A DNA stretch of 64,000 nt from an uncultured Phenylobacterium sp. Lineage in GTDB: Bacteria; Pseudomonadota; Alphaproteobacteria; Caulobacterales; Caulobacteraceae. A program made the translations under genes and the position numbers. Below the pieces are notes generated by a model that searched no databases, was not told the origin of the DNA, and worked only from the letters and a program-made list of their open reading frames with translations. Each line of letters starts with the position of its first letter. Positions within the stretch are counted from its first letter, which is position 1. Positions 58,732 to 64,000 of the stretch are shown one piece after another. Location of the stretch: positions 9,162 to 73,161 of the forward strand of contig CBHTUE010000002.1 in the NCBI GenBank assembly GCA_966096115.1. Direction: 5' to 3'.

Positions 58732-60456
58732 CTAGCCCCCGCGGAACAGGCGTCGGCGCGTCGCCTCTTCCGTCCAGTGTTCCTCGTGAACCCGTTCGAG
58801 CCTGATGGCCGCTTTGACGACGTTCTGGAGCGCCTGCAGCGTAGGCTCCGGCCCGATCGTCGCGCGGAGCGCCTGGAGGCTCTCGACGAGCGCCTGACTC
58901 CGCCGCGCCTGGTCGGAAAGCGAGAGCGTCGCCTCCAGCGCCAGGCACGCGGCCCCGATGGCCGGGACGATGGCGCCGGCCATGATCACCACCCCTCCCA
59001 GCCAGTGCGGCGTCTCGAAATCGAGGAATGCGGCCGCCGCTGCGAGCAGCACATAGCTGCTCAGGATCAGCAGCAGCAGGGCGAAGCTGGCGTTTTCCAG
59101 CAGGTGGACCCGATGCGAGATGCGCCCGTTGATGCGCCACTGATCGCGATGGTAGGCGGCTTGCCCCCCGATCAGTTCGTCGATCGCCCAGCCGCCCCAG
59201 GTCCGCACGCGCTCCGCGTCGAACCTGCCGCTCGGCAGGCCGACGTTACGCCGGATGTCGCGCGCGGCGGACGGCCGATGCGCCTGGGCGCCGTGCCCCC
59301 CGGCGCTCACGCCCAGGGTCCAGGCCGCGCGTTCCAGGCGCAGCTGCTCGGCGAGCTGGCGCGCGTCGCCCCATCGGTGATGGCGTGCGCCACGCTCTGA
59401 ATCCAGCCAGACCAGCAGCGCGCCGATGGCGAGCGCCAGCTCGATCGTCACCATGGCAAGCTTCAGTTGCGGCCAGACCGCCGACGCCGATCCGGCGATC
59501 GCCGCGAGGATGGCGACGCCGAGGAGAATGACCTGATGCGACCTGTGGATGCCGCCCAGCACCTGGGCCTGACGGCCGGCGCGGTCCCGGGCGCGGGTCA
59601 GCGCGATGAAGCCCGGCTGCGCCGACAGATCCGCCGGCGGCGCACGACGCTCGAAGGGTGACGCCTGGCCCCCAAGCACACGACGAAACAGGGCGTAGGT
59701 GCGCCACGGCCACCTCAGGCGCGGCGCGGGCCCGTCGTCCTCCCCCTCTCCCGTCTCCGCATCGTGCTTCGGGCGAGTTCCGCCCAGGCCGAGGTCGAAG
59801 AGGGCGGCGCGCAGCGCCTCGGAGCTCGCCGGCTGGACCAGAGGCGCCCGATCCAGTCGCAGTTCGTCGAGGAACTCCAGGAAACCGAAGTCTTCGTCGA
59901 GGTGCTCGGGCCGGATGATCCGGATCGACGCTGGCGCGCCGGGGCGCACCCAGAGGACGGGGATGCCGTGCTCGAGCGCCAACCGCACGGCGTCGGCTGT
60001 GCCGCCGGCGCCCCGCGCATGCTGGCCGGTCCAGACGACCACCAGCATGTCGGCGGCGCCGATCATCCACAGCGCCTGGGTGAGGTGCGGATTGCGCCCG
60101 ATGGCGCGGGTCGCCGCGCCATCCAGCCACGTCGACGATTCCACCAGGTCCGCCGCTTCGCGCGGGGCCACATCGTCGAGAAGCGGCAATACCGCATGAA
60201 CCGGACCGAGGCCCGCCGCGCGCCAAGCGCGGATCGCCAGGACGTCCGACCCCGGGGCCGCGCCCGTCAACAGGCGCGCCGCACCGACGCCGGCGTCGCG
60301 CAGCATCGCGAACGCTGTCTCCAGAGCCGCGCCGGCCGCCTCGGGATCGCCGAGATCGCCGGACCGGTTGTGTCCGGCAAAGGCGACCTGAAGGAAGCCG
60401 ATATGATCGGGCGAAGTCTCCGGCGCATCACTCCGTGCCGAACCACGCCCGCTCAT
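58732..60456 (-). CDS. SLOG (YspA/LOG/DprA-fold)-like domain fused to two 2-TM SLATT-like modules
   Basis: FAGHNR, LLTGAAPGSD, DMLVVVWTG..ARGAGGTADAV..A...GIPVLWV; then HRSHQVILLGVAILAA...RWGDARQLAEQLR and GQAAYH...VPAIGAA...ARRS segments with 4 TM helices. Confidence 0.7.
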   Translation of the reverse strand: MSGRGSARSDAPETSPDHIGFLQVAFAGHNRSGDLGDPEAAGAALETAFAMLRDAGVGAARLLTGAAPGSDVLAIRAWRAAGLGPVHAVLPLLDDVAPREAADLVESSTWLDGAATRAIGRNPHLTQALWMIGAADMLVVVWTGQHARGAGGTADAVRLALEHGIPVLWVRPGAPASIRIIRPEHLDEDFGFLEFLDELRLDRAPLVQPASSEALRAALFDLGLGGTRPKHDAETGEGEDDGPAPRLRWPWRTYALFRRVLGGQASPFERRAPPADLSAQPGFIALTRARDRAGRQAQVLGGIHRSHQVILLGVAILAAIAGSASAVWPQLKLAMVTIELALAIGALLVWLDSERGARHHRWGDARQLAEQLRLERAAWTLGVSAGGHGAQAHRPSAARDIRRNVGLPSGRFDAERVRTWGGWAIDELIGGQAAYHRDQWRINGRISHRVHLLENASFALLLLILSSYVLLAAAAAFLDFETPHWLGGVVIMAGAIVPAIGAACLALEATLSLSDQARRSQALVESLQALRATIGPEPTLQALQNVVKAAIRLERVHEEHWTEEATRRRLFRGG

Positions 60457-60637
60457 GCCTCGTCGCCCCTCGCTGCCGAATGTGGCTCCAGCCGCCCGCA
60501 AATCGAAACACCCCGGCGCACGCCCTAAGGCAAGCTAAGGCGGACCAGAGCAGCCACCAACCGCGCTCAACGCCTAGCCTTACCCATCCCGCCTGATTGC
60601 GCTACCGTCGTTCGTCCGGGGGGAGTGCGTAGCGCCT

Positions 60638-62851
60638 ATGAGGGATCGCGGTAAGCGGCAAGCCGTTCCGGATCCAGCTGGGATCCCACCGCTCCGTGTC
60701 GCGATCGTAGGTGGCGGCTGCGCCGCCATGACCGCCGCGTTCGAGCTCTCGCGCCCGGAGCACAACGGCCGCTACGCCGTCACGGTCTACCAGGAAGGAT
60801 GGCGCCTCGGAGGCAAAGGGGCGTCGGGCCGGGGCCCTTCCGGCCGGATCGAGGAACACGGCCTGCACGTCTGGCTGGGCTACTACGACAATGCCTTCCG
60901 GCTGATGCGCGAGTGCTACGCCGAGCTGGCGGCGGCGGAGCCGCCCTCGCCGTTCGGCGATTGGCGCGAGGCGTTCACGCCGGAATCCGACGTCGGCCTG
61001 TTCTCGCCCTCAGAGCAGCAGGGCTGGCAGGTCTGGCGGGGTCGCTTCCCGGAACAGCCGGGCCTCCCGGGAGACCCGCTGGCGCCGGGCGAGCTGTTGT
61101 CCCTGTCCCGCTACGTCGCGCGCACCCTGTCCCTGCTGCGAGCCCTGGTCCTGGACTGCCGGGTCGAAACCGGCAGCACGGAAGCCTTCACGGCCCAGGG
61201 CTCCGAACCGCCACCCGACCCACGGCCGGACCCCCGCAGGCTCACGGAGAGGCTCAACGACCTGGCCGGACTGGGATCGTTCGTCGCCGCCGCCACGCTG
61301 GCGGAGGCGCTGGGGGCGCTGGCCGCCGTGCTGAACAGCCCGACGGCCAGGCCAGGACGCGCCTGGCTGACCCTCGCCGACGACCTCTGCCGCAGGCTGC
61401 GGGGCTGGCTCGAGGACACCCTGATCGCCAGCGGCCGGCATCGGCACCTTTGGGAGATCATCGACCTCGCCCTGGCCTATGTCGTCGGCGTGTTCCGCTT
61501 CGGGTTGCTCACGGACCCGAGGGGCCTGGACGCCATCGACGACTACGAGTGCCGCGAATGGCTCGCGCTCAACGGGGCGTCCGAGCGGGCTCTGCAGTCG
61601 CCGTTCGTGCGCGGCATGTACGATCTGGCGCTCGCCTACGAGGACGGCAAAGCGGAGCGGCCGAGGCTGTCCGCCGGCCAGGGCCTGCGGTCGACCATGC
61701 GCATGTTCTTCGGCTATCGGGGATCGATCTTCTGGCGGATGCGCGCCGGCATGGGCGACGTCGTCTTCGCGCCCCTCTACGAGGCGCTGCGCCGCCGCGG
61801 CGTCCAGTTCGAATTCTTCCACCGCCTGACGAACGTCGGCCTGGCCCCGGGCGGCGAGCTGGCGCCGGGCGACCAGACCCATGTGCAGGAGCTCGTCTTC
61901 GACGTTCAGGCCGACGTGACGGGCGCTCAGCCCTATGCGCCCCTGGTGTCGGTCGCGGGCCGACCCTGCTGGCCCAGCCAGCCGGATTTCGGCCAGCTCG
62001 TCGATGGCGACCGCCTGGCCGAGGCCGGGGGGGATTTCGAGTGCCACTGGCAACGCCACCGCGTCCGCACCCGATCGCTGAGCGTCGGCCACGACTTCGA
62101 CTTCGTCGTCCTGGGCGTCGGCCTGGGCGCGATACCGCATGTCTGCGGAGAGCTGCTGCAGCGCGACGCACGGTGGCGGCGGATGACCACCGAGGTGAAG
62201 ACCGTGGCGACCCAGGCGTTCCAGATCTGGCTGCGAGAGGACCTGGATCAGCTCGGCTGGCCGGGGTCGCACCGCCTCGTCGCCGGGTTCGTGAAGCCCT
62301 ACGACACCTGGTGCGACATGGGCCACGTCGTGTCCCAGGAGGCTTGGCGGTCGCCGCCGCGCACCGCCGTCTACTTCTGCTCGGTGCTCGAGGACCCGCC
62401 TGAGCCGCCGTCGGACGACGATGTCGCCTACCCCGAGCGCCGCGCCGCGGAGGCCAGGGCCAACGCCGAGGCGTTCCTGGACGGACCCGCCCGGCTCCTG
62501 TGGCCCAGGGCCTACGACGCGGGCGGGAGGTTTCGGTGGGAGCTCCTGGCCGATGCGCGCGACTGCCCGAAGCACGTCCCCCCTACCGGGACGGGCCGGT
62601 TTGCCAGTCAGTACTGGCGCGCCAACGTCAATCCGTCCGACCGTTACGTGCAGAGCCTGCCCGGCACGGCGCGGCGCCGCATCTCTCCCCTGGACATGAC
62701 CTACGACAACCTGACCATCGCCGGCGACTGGACGGATTGCGGCTTCAACGTGGGCTGCGTCGAGGCTGCGGTCATGTCGGGGCGTCTCGCCGCCCACGCG
62801 CTGTCGGGGTCACCCGCACTTGAGGACATCGTCGCCTATGACCACCCCTGA
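60638..62851 (+). CDS. FAD/NAD(P)-binding oxidoreductase of the phytoene desaturase/ZDS/HpnE clan
   Basis: VAIVGGGCAAMTAAFEL, WRLGGKGASGR, EEHGLHVWLGYYDNAF, LTIAGDWT...GCVEAAVMSG. Confidence 0.8.
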   Translation: MRDRGKRQAVPDPAGIPPLRVAIVGGGCAAMTAAFELSRPEHNGRYAVTVYQEGWRLGGKGASGRGPSGRIEEHGLHVWLGYYDNAFRLMRECYAELAAAEPPSPFGDWREAFTPESDVGLFSPSEQQGWQVWRGRFPEQPGLPGDPLAPGELLSLSRYVARTLSLLRALVLDCRVETGSTEAFTAQGSEPPPDPRPDPRRLTERLNDLAGLGSFVAAATLAEALGALAAVLNSPTARPGRAWLTLADDLCRRLRGWLEDTLIASGRHRHLWEIIDLALAYVVGVFRFGLLTDPRGLDAIDDYECREWLALNGASERALQSPFVRGMYDLALAYEDGKAERPRLSAGQGLRSTMRMFFGYRGSIFWRMRAGMGDVVFAPLYEALRRRGVQFEFFHRLTNVGLAPGGELAPGDQTHVQELVFDVQADVTGAQPYAPLVSVAGRPCWPSQPDFGQLVDGDRLAEAGGDFECHWQRHRVRTRSLSVGHDFDFVVLGVGLGAIPHVCGELLQRDARWRRMTTEVKTVATQAFQIWLREDLDQLGWPGSHRLVAGFVKPYDTWCDMGHVVSQEAWRSPPRTAVYFCSVLEDPPEPPSDDDVAYPERRAAEARANAEAFLDGPARLLWPRAYDAGGRFRWELLADARDCPKHVPPTGTGRFASQYWRANVNPSDRYVQSLPGTARRRISPLDMTYDNLTIAGDWTDCGFNVGCVEAAVMSGRLAAHALSGSPALEDIVAYDHP

Positions 62852-63659
62852 CGCCCCAAGCGGCGCGGCCGCGCAACCCGAGCCCGGCCGGCCTCGCGCC
62901 AAGCGGCCGACGCCGGCCCGCGATGCGCCCCGCCGCGGCTATGGTCCCGAGCCTGCGGCGCCGGCCTCGCCCGATGCGGCGGCCAGCGCGGCCTCGGCGT
63001 CCGAGGCGATCGCCCACGCCGTTCGGCTGGGCTACTCGGTGATCGGCGAGAACATCGCCCAGGGTCGCGAGGCGGCGAGCGCGTTCCGGGCCGGCGACTA
63101 CCGGCCCGACAAAGCCACCGAAGACCTCAAGGCCGTGGCCTCGCGCATGCTGCAACTCACCCGGGAGCTCAGCACCCTGTCCTTCGACGTGCTGGAGCGC
63201 CTCGTGCAGGACCCGGCGGCCCGGGGGGGCGGCGCGCCGGCGAGCCCCCCGCCCGCCCCCACCGGCGGCGACCCCGCGACGCGGCCGGCCCCGGGTCCCT
63301 TCCAGGCCGGCGATCCCCCCGCCGGACCCGTCGAGGCCGCGAAGGCCCCGGCGCCGCAGGCCACGCCGCACGTGGAGCTGACCTGCAGCTTCAGTGGCGG
63401 CCGGGCCGTCCTGAAGGCCGGCGCCCTGTCTCGCCCCGACACGCCGGTGTTTCTCGTAGTGCCGGCGCTCACCGCCATCGAGCCTGGCCCGCCGACCATC
63501 ACCGGTGAAGTGACCTTCACCCCGGCCGCCAGCGGCGACGGCCTCGTGGCCAACATCAAGATCCCGGAGGGCCAGCCCCCGGGTCTCTACAGCGGAGTCA
63601 TCTGCGTCTGGGACACGGGCATCCCGATGGGCATGCTGACGATCGAAGTGCTCGCATGA
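62838..63659 (+). CDS. Hypothetical protein (Pro/Ala-rich linkers, helical segment, beta-rich C-terminal domain)
   Basis: Start overlaps the oxidoreductase end by 14 nt; stop overlaps the next ATG (ATGA); IKIPEGQPPGLYSGVI beta-strand pattern. Confidence 0.7.
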   Translation: MTTPDAPSGAAAQPEPGRPRAKRPTPARDAPRRGYGPEPAAPASPDAAASAASASEAIAHAVRLGYSVIGENIAQGREAASAFRAGDYRPDKATEDLKAVASRMLQLTRELSTLSFDVLERLVQDPAARGGGAPASPPPAPTGGDPATRPAPGPFQAGDPPAGPVEAAKAPAPQATPHVELTCSFSGGRAVLKAGALSRPDTPVFLVVPALTAIEPGPPTITGEVTFTPAASGDGLVANIKIPEGQPPGLYSGVICVWDTGIPMGMLTIEVLA

Positions 63660-64000
63660 TCCGCGAGCCTCCCGACGCCTTCGACGCGCCCCGGGCGGAC
63701 GGCGAGCTCATGTCGTCGCTGCTGGCCGAATACGGCGCGGCCACCCGGGAGACCCTTCAGCGCTACCTCCGCCGCGAGCGCCCAGCGCCCTATCTCGACG
63801 ACCTCATGGCGGACTATCCCGCGCGGGGCGGCAAGATGATGCGCCCCAGCCTGTGCATCGCCAATGCGCGGGCCTTCGGCGGACGGCTCGACGACGCGGT
63901 GAGGAGCGCCGCGGCCATCGAGCTCCTCCACAACGCGCTCCTGGTGCATGACGACATCCAGGACGGCAGCGAGACCCGACGCGGACGCCCGACCTTGCAC
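63656..64000 (+). CDS. Polyprenyl diphosphate synthase (trans-IPPS), N-terminal part; truncated by window end (not in ORF track)
   Basis: Manual translation from ATG 63656: ...YPARGGKMMRPSLC...AIELLHNALLVHDDIQDGSETRRGRPTLH (GGKxxRP, first DDxxD motif, RRG). Confidence 0.92.
   Translation, partial: MIREPPDAFDAPRADGELMSSLLAEYGAATRETLQRYLRRERPAPYLDDLMADYPARGGKMMRPSLCIANARAFGGRLDDAVRSAAAIELLHNALLVHDDIQDGSETRRGRPTLH

Larger units (their letters stand above)
58530..64000. mobile_element. Probable tRNA-Ser-anchored genomic island (left end; continues beyond window)
   Basis: T-rich junction right after the tRNA CCA, GGCCCCAC direct repeat with 11-bp period (58573-58591), accessory gene content; no integrase seen in the window. 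Confidence 0.45.

Noticed and set aside
60638-62851. Calling the flavoprotein CrtI, CrtP, CrtU or HpnE outright
   Set aside because: Only clan-level terminal motifs match; length and central region differ, and no phytoene or squalene synthase is seen, so a specific symbol is unsupported

Overview
Very GC-rich alphaproteobacterial chromosomal window; gene content and order (smpB-dapA-lytic transglycosylase, PEP-CTERM protein, EcfG-type sigma factor) point to Caulobacteraceae, probably Phenylobacterium-like (inference). I support about 56 CDS, one tRNA-Ser(GCT), two copies of a REP/MITE-like palindrome and several recognisable promoter or operator motifs. I found no CRISPR array, rRNA, integrase or transposase. 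Most long ORFs in the supplied track are antisense or frameshifted shadows, and many start codons were moved downstream to Shine-Dalgarno-supported or overlap-coupled starts. Positions 1-58,000 are mostly housekeeping and accessory metabolism. The most interesting region starts at the 3' end of tRNA-Ser (58,530) and runs off the window: a probable genomic island. It carries a SLOG-like nucleotide-binding domain fused to two 2-TM SLATT-like modules, transcribed divergently from a translationally coupled operon (phytoene-desaturase/HpnE-clan flavoprotein, unknown protein, polyprenyl diphosphate synthase). This is a candidate undescribed isoprenoid-linked signalling or conflict system. Other highlights: a trypsin-like protease/non-specific nuclease fusion, a membrane protein joining a Spy/CpxP-like domain to a degenerate gluzincin, a 53-aa NepR-like ORF missing from the track beside a sigmaT-promoter-driven ECF sigma gene, an EgtB-EgtD fusion and an ECF41 promoter with no adjacent sigma gene. 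All family calls come from motif recognition by eye; no database searches were run.
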